Source: Eledone cirrhosa (Eukaryota). From it: 64,000 nt of DNA. The notes under the pieces were generated by a model. It had not been told where the DNA came from. It did no database searches and saw nothing but the letters and a program-made list of their open reading frames with translations. A program made the translations under genes and the position numbers. Shown piece after piece: positions 1 through 11,546 of this stretch. The stretch is from positions 250,108,001 to 250,172,000 of the forward strand of contig OZ024740.1 in the NCBI GenBank assembly GCA_964016885.1. The letters run 5' to 3'. Each line of letters begins with the position of its first letter. Position 1 is the stretch's first letter.

Positions 1-57
1 AAAAAAGGAAAATGTAATGATTTTAACATAAATTTCTGAAATAAAGAATTATCATTA

Positions 58-3000
58 TTTTTTTAAATATAAACAATGGTTTATTTACAATAGCTTAGAA
101 CTTTGCCTATTAATCCGTATGGTGAGCAAATGGGGTCCCACGTGCTGGCCTACCCACAGCCCTGGCAGACAGGATGGAGAAGGCGTTTCCCCGGAGGATG
201 GTAAGGGAGATGCACTGGAAGAGCCATTCCAACTCGCGAGGCTCACACCTGCGGCTGGCTAGCTCAGCACCTAGGGTGGAGAATAGGGAGGTAGCCCTAA
301 GGCCAAGGGCACCAGAAGTCTCCACTGCCAAGGGCACAACTGGTACTTGGAGAGTTTGGCCTCCTCAGCCCGACGTGCAGCAGTACCTGAGTTAGTCGCA
401 GACTGCACCAGGTTGTGGCGGGAGAAAGTGTTGCTGCAAGTGGAATCCCAGACAAGAGGTTTGCCACCACGGAACGGGAAGATGGTCATACTGTCTGGCC
501 TTTTGCCATCCCCTCAGTCCAGCCCTACCGGGTCGAGCTGGGAGGGGAAGCCTGCAGTGTCCAAGCCATGCTTAATGACCTCGTTGAGGGCAGCATGGCG
601 TATGGCAACAGGAAAGTGGGTGGAGTCCGAAAGAGTGCACGGTGGATCAACAGCGACATTTATGTGGCTCGCAGATCCGGAGTCCAAGCCTCATGGAAAC
701 GCCAATGCGCAGGCTATCGTAATCCAGCTGTGTGCCAGTGGAGAAGGAGGGCAAAGCAGTGGGTTTGGAAGCCGCGCGAAAAAAGCAAGGCGGTGCTGGT
801 CAAGCTGGCGCGCTCCTGTCTGAGGCCAGGCTGCACTGCATAGCATCCCATATGCTTTGGGGGGACTTGACGTCAGCAAGAGGAGAAGGAGGAGGGACGT
901 CTATCGGGCTAAGTCCCAGCCTGTCCCACGTCTCACAGGCGACCTCACGTTCCCTGAACACAGAGGGTTCTATTGTGTTTTGTAGAACCCTGCTGACGAG
1001 GACGCGGCATGAGGTTATTGATGAAAGAAACGCCGGCAACGCCAGTGAGATCGGGGACCGGAGGCCAAGGTGGCCATATCTGACAGGTGGCCTGTTGCCA
1101 TCCAATGTCGTCAAACCTGACGTTGCATATCTCCTGAGCTGCCGCTCGGATACAAGTAGAGATGTCTGGCTGAAGCACGGAGTGTTGCGAAGGGTATAAA
1201 GGAGCTTCGGACTGGCAAAGCAGTTCTTCAACAGGAAGAGAGCTGGGTGGCCGTCGATCAAGCCCAGTCAGCTCGTGAGGGTCTGGAATTGTTGTTGCCT
1301 GGACCTGATGGTGGAGCAGATGGCCGGTGGGTGGATCGGTGACCCGAGGATGAGGACATCCTATTTGGGGGTCACCTGTACCTGGTGCAGAATGGACCAC
1401 ACGTCCAAGACGGAGGCTGCAAAGCTCTCAGCATCATAACTGACATTCACCACTTCCGACTTGGACGAGTTGACCTGGAGGCCGATTCCCGCCAGGGCAA
1501 GAACCACCAATTGTAGGTCATGGTAGACAGTCTCTACGGACCCGCCCAACGTAGCATCATCCAGATACCAAACGTTGAGAGGGGCCATGATACTCTGAGT
1601 AATGTGGTCTATACCAAAGGCAATCAGGAGAGGGCCCAAAGGGTTGCCCTGTTGGACCCCAGTAGCCAAAGGTATGACCGTGTCAGCAGCAAGGAGCATG
1701 CTCGGGGCTCCATATGACAAGTAGGCCAGCGGGTAGGCGGAAAGGGCTTGGCTGAAGCAGGCATTGAGCAGATGGTCCTGGCGTAAGCAGTTAAGGGCAT
1801 TCCTCATGTCAAGCTTGACAATGATGTGCATGGAGTCCCTGGATGCCGGTTACGGTGGGCAGCTATTGAAGAACTGCCTGGTTGCATGTGCGGCCCCCTC
1901 ACAGCCACCGGACATGCTGACACCCAGTTGCACCAGATTGAACTCCTCACCCAGTTCAGGTGTGATGGACCTGCAGACCACCTTAGCAGCCAGCTTCCAG
2001 AAGACATTGGCCACAGCAATGGGGCATATGCCACCCTCTTTCTTCCTGCAGTCAGGCTAGCCGAAAAAAAGAGGTCTCGGGCATGAGGATCCAGGGCGCC
2101 ATGGATAAGCCTATTGGTGAGTGCCACAATTGCACTCAGATGGCGACTCCTTGAGGTGGCCTGGTCAGAGACAATCAGCACCTCCACTGCTGCTAGCTGG
2201 GAAGGGTTTGATGGCAGACATGATGTCTGCGTCGGAAGCCACAAGGAGCAGGTGGGAATCGGGTGGGAGTATGGGTCGGAGGTCAGCGGGTGGCTCAGGG
2301 TGCTTGAGTCGCAGGGCAGCCAGGACCTTATCGGTGGGTTGGAGGACAGTGTCCTCTGAGGCAACCACTTTGACTGCAGTCTTGACATCACCCATGATAA
2401 GTTTAGCGTTTACGTGGTCACGCAAACGCTTGGCGCCGGCCTCAGGGGTGGAGGATTGGAGGCATCCAAGAGCAGGGGTTGTGGCGTCCTTCAGCACGCT
2501 TGGAATGGGCGCTTGCCCAAAGGACGAAACATTGGCCTTGACAAAGGCTGCTGTCGACAGGCCACCTCGGTCAGCGCTAGAGCTGGGGAGGCCGAGGGTG
2601 AGTGGGGTGAAATAGAAGAGGCGCTCCCAGTCGCTGCCTCGATTGGAGTCCAGAGTACTCTCAATCAAGGAAGCGAGGGCATCAGCTACCGGCACCCGGG
2701 CCACTCTCGGGATCCTGAGCAGAATCTTCCTGAGCCGCCAGAGCCGAGCGATGTTGACCAGTGAGGCTTGGGCATCAGGCAAGCTCGCTGTCTCATCTGG
2801 TGGAGTGCCAGACGGCCATGGCTGGGCAGACGAGGGGAAGAGACATTTTCTGCATCTCTACGCTGTGAGGGCACTGGAAGCTCGATGCGTCAAGCCAACA
2901 CAGGTGAGGTGGTGGGAGCAGCACACCCCGAACAGTTCCAGCCCCTCTTCTGTCTGTTCATGGTGCTGCAAGTACTGCAGATGTCGACTGGTGGAGATGG

Positions 3001-3100
3001 AGGGTGGGGCATGGAGCCGAGGACTGGGGCACCAAGCGACATCAGGGGTGAGTGGCTGGTTGTCACCAGCCTAGGTGCTAGGCACAATTGCATGTGGCTG
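58..3100 (-). mobile_element. Degenerate CRE-clade (RLE-type) non-LTR retrotransposon
   Basis: Minus-strand ORF pieces give RT motifs KLDMRNALN, GVQQGNPLGPLL and WYLDD (1361-1831). A C-terminal restriction-like endonuclease follows (RPDxMTIFPFRGGKPLVWDSTCSNT..., PLAVETSG; 110-500). The 3' end has AATAAA (80-85) followed by a short poly(A) (58-64). The element is GC-rich against AT-rich flanks and has several frameshifts. Confidence 0.8.
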
Positions 3101-3300
3101 GAAGGGAAAGTGTTGGTATGAGTGAGGCCTCATAGCTCACCTACATCAGATATGGAGGTGACAGAAGACAAGATAAAAGAGAAGGGTGTTGCATGAAGGG
3201 GGACACACACGAAAGTAGAATGTTAGCAAATAAATAAATGGATGAATGAATGAATGTACAAAAAGAAAACGGGATGGTTCCCAGCGGAATGACCCAAAGA

Positions 3301-3525
3301 TTGTTATTGTCACTGCCGCTGTCATATCCTTCCTCTTGTTAATGGTAGTGGTAGTTGATACCGATACCTATTTCGGCTGCCAGGCTGGTTGCTAGGGCTC
3401 GAATGCCTTCTTTCACCGAAGATGCGAGGTCGTTGTTATTGTCACTGTTGCTATCGTTGCCTTCCTCTTGGTAATGGTAGTAATAATTGTTGGTGCTACC
3501 TATTTCGGCTGTCAAGCTGGTTGCT
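3301..3525. repeat. Diverged direct duplication (~93 bp, period ~132) upstream of the CRE ORF
   Basis: ttgttattgtcactg...cttcctcttg.taatggtagt...tacctatttcggctg.ca.gctggttgct occurs at 3301-3393 and 3433-3525. Confidence 0.7.
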
Positions 3526-3792
3526 GAATCAGTTTCAGTTTACATTTTCACATACATCTTAACGATATTCTCAATGGAAGGACGCATAAGATAATGTAAT
3601 TATACAAACACTGTCAAAAACAATTACGGGATGTTCACAGACAAGATATCTTTAATCATAGGTCTGCTGGCATTGGACTGAACATTAAAAATTCTACCAT
3701 GTCATTACAAGCCACCATTTACATTTTCAATCACACAAGTTCAAAATATTAACAGTGTTACTCGAAGATAAGCATTTTCCGTTGACAGCATA

Positions 3793-3983
3793 CGGTGGAT
3801 TGGCAGTATCAGTAGAGGGTCGGATGCCATGCTTTGACGCATAGAGTTACGGTCCTTTCCATTCTGAGTTCAAATCCCACCAAGGTTAGCTTTGCCTTTC
3901 ACCCTTACGGGGTCGATAAAATAAAGTACCAGTAATGCACTGGGATAATTGCTGGCCTTATGCCAAAAGTAGAAATAATTATT
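3793..3983 (+). mobile_element. tRNA-derived SINE, family S1 (~190 bp)
   Basis: A-box-like ggattggcagtatc and B-box gagttcaaatccc, then the core tttgcctttca.ccttacggggtcgataaaataaagtaccag and an aattatt tail. Multiple near-identical copies occur in the window. Confidence 0.85.
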
Positions 3984-4054
3984 GTACAGTGATTTATTCA
4001 ATGTCTTTCTCTTGTTTGTTATAAGTTAGATTTTAAAACCTAATTTCCATCACA

Positions 4055-4166
4055 ATGTGGCGAATTGGCAGAGTCGTTAGATCATCGTGTAGAGTCTCTG
4101 AGTTCAAATCCCACTACAGTCAACTTTGCCTTTCATCCATTCAAGGTTGATAAAAAAAGTACCAGT
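4055..4166 (+). mobile_element. Older, truncated S1-related SINE
   Basis: gagttcaaatcccact...caactttgcctttcatcc..ggttgataaaa.agtaccag. Confidence 0.6.
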
Positions 4167-4339
4167 CTGAGGTTGATTCTTCTTCTATATCGCTTTCTTA
4201 GTTCCATTCTCTCACTCTCTTTATCCTTCTCTGGAAAAGATCTGCTGTATTCAGCCTTGGAGAGGGATGGGCTCTGCCAGGTTTAGAAATGCCCTAGAAA
4301 TGCCATATGTCAATACGGTGCCCCTATGACTCCCTCAGC

Positions 4340-5077
4340 ACAATGTTGGATGTGTAATAGTAATATACGTGAATGGCAAAGCATAAATGAACTAAGTGAG
4401 AAATTAGGAATAAGAGGGATCAGATGCTGTTTACTTGAGAGAAGACTACGTTGGTATGGTCATGTGATGCGCATGAAAGACGACAGCTGCATAAACAAGT
4501 GCAGTGTGATCAAAATAGATGGTAGCTACGGAGTAGGTTGACCCAGAAAAACCTGGGATGATCTGATAAATTCCAACCTTACACACTTACATCTCTCTAA
4601 GACAATGTCACTGGACCGAGATCTTTGGCGCTAATACAGAAGACCTGCCTTGCCTATGTACAAAGCGAAACCTACAGTCAGTAGGCACCTCTTAACCAAA
4701 TATACACCCCAATCCACTACCCCTCCCCTATCCTTCCACTGCCACCAACACCATCCTCTCTCTGTAAAGTTGGTACCACAACATCCAGTCCAAATAAATG
4801 AGATAATGAGATCGAGATCATGTAGGTGTCACATGAAAAAACACACAGTCCACGCTGTAATGTGGCCATGTAGTTAACGCAGTAAAATGTTCCCAGTTCC
4901 ACACTGCAAATGTGGTTGGTGTTAGGAAGGGCATCCAGCCATAGAAAACCTGCCAGATAGTCCTATATGAGTGAGACACAGTCACCTGACCAACCTTGCT
5001 TCAAGTGGGACAACTCCCGTCTAACCCATGCTAGCGTGGAAGATGGACGTTAAACGATGATGATGATGATAATGATG
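4340..5077 (+). mobile_element. 5'-truncated RTE LINE (family A)
   Basis: Encodes ERRLRWYGHVMRM...G.PRKTW. The 3'UTR closely matches 30292-30670 and ends in (GAT)n. Confidence 0.9.
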
Positions 5078-5914
5078 AATGTAATCCTTTATCCTTGTGT
5101 GTGTGTTTTTTTTTTTTTGTTGGATGTTATTGTTTTACTTCCATTTTTCCATGCATTGAATTGGTTGAGCAGTGAACATTAAAATCCTCTCTAGATAAGA
5201 TACCAATCTGTTGCATGTCTAACCTCCAGCTGCTACTGATACTCATTTTCATCAGAGTTAACTGGAGTAATGTGCAATAAAATGCAAGGACATAATGCAT
5301 CACCTGACTCAAACAACTAGGCCACATGCTTTCACTTTTTGTTGGTTATTATTGCTAAAGTTGGTGGTGATGTTGTTATTCTAATGAATAAGATATTTGA
5401 TTTCAAACCAGAAGTTTCTTTTATTGTTTAGTCTGAAGGAAGGAGCAGTGTCCATTCACATAGTGATTAGCCATAACCCACTATAATCTTCATCTGTGAC
5501 CCATCATAGTGTTTAATTGTAACCCAGTACAGCATCTATCTGCTATCCAATATGGTGTTTAGCTGTAACTCTTTGTTATAACTATGGGAATTCAGCCATG
5601 CACTTTTCACAGAAACCCAACATAACCATGAACTTGACTTCCCTTTTCATTCTCATTCAAAGCCTCTAGCATATCTACTACTGCTATTCTCAATGTTGCA
5701 TCCACCTCACCCACTCTTCTCTTACTGATATTATAGCATCAGTTACACCCAGGCCTCTGTAAAGTTGAAAACTTTAATTGACTAAGATTATTCCTAGAAT
5801 TAAAAAAACAAAACTCCTTCTAGTGGTACCTAAAAAGCTAAAAACAACAAGCAAAGGTAATAAATCCAATAATATCAACCAAGTGAAATATTTGGATAAT
5901 AAAAAAACAGTAAA

Positions 5915-6063
5915 ATGGTTGGCATGAGGAAGGGCATCCAGCTGTAGAAACCAAACCAAAACAAAGCATATGAGCAGGCCAGTCTGGCCTCAGCACCTAA
6001 AGTCGTCAAACCCATGCAAACAGAAAATAGACGTTAAACAGTGATGATGATGATGATGATGAT
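5915..6063 (+). mobile_element. RTE-type 3' tail fragment
   Basis: ggttggcatgaggaagggcatccagctgtagaaacc...acccatgca...gacgttaa followed by (GAT)n. Confidence 0.7.
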
Positions 6064-6249
6064 GTAAGACACTGCTGTTGGGGATAGATTTTATCTTTAA
6101 AGTTAACTGGGGAGAGCAAGGATGCATTTCCATCTTGTGAGATATTATCAGTCAATCCAATCCAGGTTAGTTGGTTAGAGTTAGAAACGATCAATACATA
6201 TATTATGTATATATAATATATCCACATCTAGTTGACAGACAAGAGAAAA

Positions 6250-6375
6250 GAGTACTCAATACCAAAATAGAGTTTAAATATTCATTTATTATGGTTAAAT
6301 AGTGAGTCTTGTTTCACCTGTGCACATGCAGGGTTACCAGAATCTTGTCTTATTTACCCATGATAAATGAATATA
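6250..6375 (-). mobile_element. Short PLE-type terminal cassette with inverted repeat and degenerate hammerhead
   Basis: IR tattcatttattatggttaaata / tatttacccatgataaatgaata. The minus strand between the arms reads CTGGTAA-c-cctgcatgtgcacagg-t-GAAA-caagac-TC. The tail (6251-6282) resembles the reverse complement of 52336-52365. Confidence 0.45.
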
Positions 6376-6379
6376 TAAA

Positions 6380-6417
<38 letters not shown>

Positions 6418-6540
6418 GGAGGTGAGTTTTATTGTAGTACAATAAAGCAATGCAGATATCGGATAAGAAGCACTCTACAGTTTGTGGGACTGGAGTATGC
6501 ATAATATAAGATCAAAAGATGGTTAAAGGAGTTCCATATA

Positions 6541-6607
6541 TTTTATTATGCGCATTTCAAAAACAAACATCATCAAGCAATAATATTTGTGTTTTCATCA
6601 GATAAAA
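6541..6607 (-). ncRNA. Minimal type I hammerhead ribozyme
   Basis: Minus strand reads ttttat-CTGATGA-stem II-GAAA-tgcgca-TA-ataaaa. Stem I is ttttat/ataaaa, stem III is palindromic and the cleavage triplet is AUA. Confidence 0.75.
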
Positions 6608-6939
6608 CAGGAGAACATGATATGAAGGCTAAAAAACACTTGTGGATAGTGCAGTTTTAAATCAACATATGAAAAGTGGTTTTAGATTGATGTGTGATAT
6701 TGGGAAAAATATTTTATTTAGAGAGGGGGGGGGGGAAAGATGAAAAGGGAAGAAAAACTATCTCTTTCTCTCTATCACCCATCTCTCCCTCTCATCTCCT
6801 TCCCTTTTCATCCCCCCCCCCTTCTCTAAATAAAATATTTTTCCCAATATCACACATCAATCTAAAACCACTTTTCATATGTTGATTTAAAACTGCACTA
6901 TCCACAAGTGTTTTTTAGCCTTCATATCATGTTCTCCTG

Positions 6940-7006
6940 TTTTATCTGATGAAAACACAAATATTATTGCTTGATGATGTTTGCTTTTGAAATGCGCATA
7001 ATAAAA
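6940..7006 (+). ncRNA. Minimal type I hammerhead ribozyme
   Basis: ttttat (6940-45), CTGATGA (6946-52), stem II caaatattat/gatgatgtttg, GAAA (6989-92), tgcgca, TA, ataaaa (7001-06). Confidence 0.75.
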
Positions 7007-7205
7007 TATATGGAACTCCTTTAACCATCTTTTGATCTTATATTATATATATATATATATATATATAAGCAAGAGGGATATTTAATTTGTTGGTAATTCA
7101 ACAAATATATATTTTTATAACTGATTCGAATCACTCGACGGGTTTTCTGGAGTATAATATCAATGATATTAATAAATGGAAACTATATTTATAAAACCCT
7201 ATTTA

Positions 7206-7262
7206 TTCTATTATATATATTTCAAGGGTCCCAAAACTTTGGTACGCTCTCATCAGATAAAA
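7206..7262 (-). ncRNA. Minimal type I hammerhead ribozyme (different family)
   Basis: Minus strand reads ttttat-CTGATGA-gagcgtacca aagttt tgggaccctt-GAAA-tatata-TA-atagaa. Confidence 0.7.
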
Positions 7263-7928
7263 TACAAAGTTTGTTTTACAAATATTGACATATCCAGGAA
7301 GGAGATCTTAATGGTTCAAGCTTTTCCTGGATAGTAAAAGGAAAGAAGGGAAAGAGAAGAAAAGTCAAATATTTCAAATTATTAAGATGAATATGCAAAT
7401 GAGGTTGAGGTATAGGGCTGGAAAAAACGTTATTTTTAGACGCTAGGTAGATTTAAATAATTATTAGGATATATATATGTATGTGTAGGAAGAAGAAAGA
7501 GAAAGAAAGAAAAGCTTGTATTTACGTGAATTTAAAAAGAATGAACAGTTTGTAGGAATGGTGGAATATGATTCCAGAATTTAAAAAAAAAAAAAATATT
7601 TAGCTATATTATGAGTTATAATATTATATATATAATCAATTAGATTATATGAAGAATTATGGTTGTAAGTACATTTATATGTCTACATGTCCACATATAT
7701 ATATATGTCCACATGTCTGGGAATACCTCTTGCATAACTACAAAGCTCCGGATTGAATAACAACAACATTCTAATTTTCTAATCAACTCAAACATTTTAT
7801 TCCAGACATTCGCAGTTATCTCCCTTACACCTTTCACCCATGGTTTTGTATCACTTGCGTGAAGTGACTGCTTCTGCACATGTGCATTCATACGGTTGTT
7901 CTTCCTGTTCTGTATAACCATTACCAGT

Positions 7929-7969
7929 CCGAGCTGAAGATCCGCATAAGGTGAAACAATTGTTCTCGG
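7929..7969 (+). ncRNA. Hammerhead-like motif with non-canonical GUU triplet
   Basis: ccgag-CTGAAGA-tccgcataaggt-GAAA-caattg-TT-ctcgg. Stem I is a perfect 5 bp, stem III is palindromic and stem II is weak. An inverted second copy lies at 8356-8412. Confidence 0.55.
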
Positions 7970-8049
7970 TATGGTGAACTAACTGTTGTGTTACTACTTA
8001 TATATATATATATGTGTGTGTGAGTGTGTGTGTATATATATATATAAAT

Positions 8050-8117
8050 ATATTAAAATAACAGATTAAAGTTTAAGCAAAGAATAACTGCTTTCACCCT
8101 TAACAGGATCTTCACAT
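8050..8117. mobile_element. Repeat family F1 (TA-adjacent cassette), short copy
   Basis: aacagattaaagtttaagcaaagaat..ctgctttcacccttaac is shared with 9430-9527, 44418-44735 and 48314-48727. Confidence 0.7.
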
Positions 8118-8119
8118 TT

Positions 8120-8151
<32 letters not shown>

Positions 8152-8221
8152 TATAATGAAGGAAGTGTGGTAAGGAACCAGGTGGACCATAACGCACCAG
8201 AGTAGTCGCTAGTGTGTGTAA

Positions 8222-8334
8222 TAGGAAAAGAGTCAGAACCCCGACGGCAGAGCTCAAGCCGTTTTGACAGTTATTTCTGGACTCAGAAATAGCAGAGTCC
8301 AGAAATAGCTGTCAGGGTTCTGACTCTTTTCCTA
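8222..8334. repeat. Hairpin cassette with 3' half of a hammerhead
   Basis: Outer arms taggaaaagagtcagaaccc / gggttctgactcttttccta; inner arms tgacagttatttctggactc / gagtccagaaatagctgtca. GAAA-tagctg-TC lies at 8302-8313. Confidence 0.65.
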
Positions 8335-8482
8335 TATATATATAGAAGTGGTTACACAACAGTTAGTTCACCATACCGAGAACAATTGTTTCACCTTAGC
8401 GGATCCTCAGGACTGAGTGCTCTACCACTACGGATATTACCTTCCAGTGTTCCACCACTATATATATATATATATATATATA

Positions 8483-9345
8483 CTAGCTGGCCCGTCCGGT
8501 TGGCGCCCGGCTAGGTACTTATCATTTCAGGAATCCTGCCTCCACTCCAGTGCAAGGATACCTCACGCCCTCTCAAGTCAGCGAGAGGACGCGCTCTGAT
8601 GTTGGGTTTGAATAGTTTTTAGGATTCCCCAATTCAGTAGCCAGTACGTTAAAGAAAATTGATAGTTACAACAATAAAGGCTGAACAGAGAACAAATTTT
8701 TTAACAAACAATAATTTGTACAACCATAATGGAAATTCCATGTAACAGAAAATATTTAAATTACATTGTTAGAGCCTCAGAGTATACAATATTTTTCGTT
8801 CGGCCCTCCGGAGCAAAGATGAAGAGATTGTTTGGCGAGCTCACCCTAGAGCATCCTACATAGAATTGACCATGGGAGAATCACTGATTTTGTAGCTCGT
8901 CTCGCAGAGAAGCTCTGTAGACGTTGACCTCTGGACACTCCTGTCAGGAGCAGGTAAGCTGTAGTGACTTAGAGGCTTACCACCAATCTCCAGGACACTG
9001 TTTTCAAGACAAATGAGCACCTCATTGAAAACGACATCGTATGTTACGTTCAGATTGTGTCTGCGTCTGCGTGTGCGGTGGAGGATGTCCTCAGCTAGAC
9101 TTTCGCGGTAGTTGTTCCACATTGCGAGAGGGTCGGCGAGATCGCAGTTGTGCAGCATAATAGCAAAAAGTTTTCACAGCTGAGAAGGGACTTTAGCAGT
9201 TGCTGCTTCATGCAGGGTGAGGTGCCAATGGCTGTCATCATGTAACATACCACGCATCTGGCAAGCCAAACGGTAAGTGGAATATTGATGGCCATTGATA
9301 GTTCTCAGATCTTGGAAAGATTGTGGTCCTCTACCCTCGAATAGC
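8483..9345 (-). mobile_element. Internally deleted Helitron
   Basis: Rep-region peptides RGPQSFQDLRTINGHQYSTYRLAC..RGMLHDD and WNNYRESLAEDIL are joined to the helicase C-terminus SHGQFYVGCSRV...TKNIVYSEAL*. A GC-rich 3' hairpin and CTAG end at 8483-8486, next to (TA)n. Confidence 0.85.
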
Positions 9346-9429
9346 AACAATGACGATAAGCCGTCTGCTTTCATAAAATAAATAGGTTTTTGTTTTTGTG
9401 TATGCAAAAATATCTATACATGAATATAT

Positions 9430-9527
9430 ATATTAAAATAACATTAAAGTTTAAGCAAAGAATCGCTGCTTTCACCCTTAACTAAAAAAATCAGTCTGTG
9501 AACGCAGAATTAAATATTTCGAAAAAC
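9430..9527. mobile_element. Repeat family F1 copy
   Basis: Same start and sequence as 8050 and 48314. Confidence 0.7.
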
Positions 9528-9889
9528 ATTATCTAATGCAGACAGTCAGACATACATAGACATATTATAAGGGCGCTACGTTATAGCTATGTATCTATCT
9601 AAAAAGACAGACTAAGAAAAAGAGAGGAATGGTGTGCGACATCATAAGAAAAAGTGAGGAATGATGTATAACCAGAAGTGTTGACATTTGAAATTTTAAA
9701 GAAGTGAATATTTAAATAATGTCTTTAATCTTTTAACAAAATTCAGTAGACAAAAATACCCTCACTTTTTTACTTGGAAAAAGTTACATCTATGGTGCAA
9801 ATTTGGTGCTGTTTGGTCCAGTTGTTTGGCGGAGAGTTTGTTACCTACATACGGCTTTATAGTATATATATATATATATATATATATTT

Positions 9890-9965
9890 AATCATCATCA
9901 TTATCATCACTAAAGATCTGTTTTCCTTGCTAGCAAGGGTTGGACAGGTTGTCACAAACTAAGTC
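9890..9965 (-). mobile_element. RTE-type 3' tail remnant
   Basis: (ATC)n followed by ttttccttgctagcaagggttggac, the reverse of the RTE tail. Confidence 0.5.
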
Positions 9966-10365
9966 AGTTCTCAAGCAGGACAATTTACCTCTTAGATGAG
10001 TTGGGGATCCTCATCTCACTTACAAATGTCCCATGCTCTACAGAGTGCATTTTATTATGGCAATAACACTGAGGAAGTTGTCATTGCCATGTCTTTGACA
10101 TAGCTGAAGAGTCCTTCTGACCTTTTGTTTGGCATGCATGTGTTCTATGACTTGATGCACTTCATATCACCAGCCACTTTACAGAGTGCACTGGGTGGGT
10201 TTACTATATTAATCACCTAGTGTGCCCTTCATACAACTGGAGAGTCTTCTTGACCCTTTTTTTGGTATAGTTTCTATACCTGGATGCCCTTTCTATTTAT
10301 AATGTTTATATATAAACAATATAGCTGAGGTGAAATACTTCAGAGGAGATAGATATGTGTGTGTC

Positions 10366-10418
<53 letters not shown>

Positions 10419-10591
10419 ATAGGACAGGTGGGTAAAAAAATGGACAGTCACAGAAAAGAACAGGTAAAGGTTTCATAATAACTAGAAAAAAAACCTGATG
10501 TGCAAAAAGACTAAAAAATTTGTTTTATTAAAAATAATTAGAGCTATCAAGTGTTGATTCATATGATTAAAAAAACTTGCTCATTAACCAA

Positions 10592-11090
10592 TCAAACATT
10601 GATTTTCATGTGATCCGAAACAGCTGAGTTTTGGTGAATTAGGTACTTGAAGGTCATGGATTTGGTATAATGTGAATGGAGGATTTGTGTTCTATTACTA
10701 ATAGTTTCCAACCAGAGTTCTGTGTCTAGTACAGGTAATCTATGGTTGGGGTGTTTAGTTGGGTAGTCTATAGTAACTTTAATACTATGGTGGATGGAGT
10801 TAGCTATTTGCTGGATGATTTCCATGGTGTTCTTCTCTAATTCCTGACTGTTCTCCTGTGGGGGTGTTTTTACTACGATGTTTATGTCATCTATGTAGCG
10901 GGAGTACATAGTCAGTTTATAAAATTGTCATCTAAGCATTCCTTAAGTCTTCTGTCCCACCATATCATAAAGAGATTAGCTATGTCACCTGCAATGCTAA
11001 TGCCAATGGCTGCCACCGCCTCTTGTTTTGCCATTAAACTTAAACATATGTTCCTTAAGGGTTAGTTTTATACTAGCCCCCACCACAAAT
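10592..11090 (-). mobile_element. Penelope-like RT fragment
   Basis: YSRYIDD...IKVTIDYP...LPVLDTELW...HYTKSM, with IAGDIANLFMIWWD upstream. Confidence 0.75.
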
Positions 11091-11240
11091 ACGATCATCA
11101 TGGTTTTCAAGGTGTCCATATAGCTCTGGTCTACCCACTCCATTTTTCTGTGAGGGTCTTCTTGGAATAGAATAGAAAGGATTAAGAAAAAGGTAAATAA
11201 AATCAACTCATGGTATGATAGCAATAAATACCAGAGTGTA

Positions 11241-11395
11241 ATGTTCGTCAATACAACCCCTAGAGGTGAACTAGCTTACAGATTTAGCAGGGCCATAGAC
11301 AAGGTCAAATTAAATATTAAGATAGTTGAAAGACCAGGTATTCCCATAAAAACCCTAATTAGTAAAACATATCCATTTTACAAAACCATAAATTC
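11241..11395 (+). mobile_element. Penelope-like linker fragment in opposite orientation
   Basis: MFVNTTPRGELA...IKIVERPGIPIKTLISKTYPF resembles the PLE post-RT region. Confidence 0.5.
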
Positions 11396-11422
11396 AACAT
11401 ATTATACTGAATACGTGTGTAT

Positions 11423-11546
11423 ATCATCATCATCATCATCATTTTACGTCTGCTTTTCCCTGCCTGCAAGGGTGGGACGGGTCTTATTCAGCACAGCATC
11501 TCTCCACTTGTCACGGTCCTTCGTCATCTCCACCATGAGCTTCAGC
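11423..11546 (-). mobile_element. RTE family B 3' end
   Basis: Reverse complement of 52105-52233, with a (GAT)n tail. Confidence 0.85.

Larger units (their letters stand above)
6501..7046. mobile_element. Palindromic cassette (arms ~6501-6753 / ~6800-7046), probably an inverted PLE pseudo-LTR pair
   Basis: The arms are near-perfect reverse complements, each contains a hammerhead motif, and the right arm ends in (TA)n. Confidence 0.8.

Noticed and set aside
3793-3880. tRNA genes at A/B-box motifs
   Set aside because: No cloverleaf. They are SINE heads followed by a shared core and tail, and other copies have TSDs.
5100-5900. Possible host exon in non-repetitive-looking sequence (also 46424-46688)
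   Set aside because: No recognisable protein motif or convincing splice context. A small exon cannot be excluded without RNA data.
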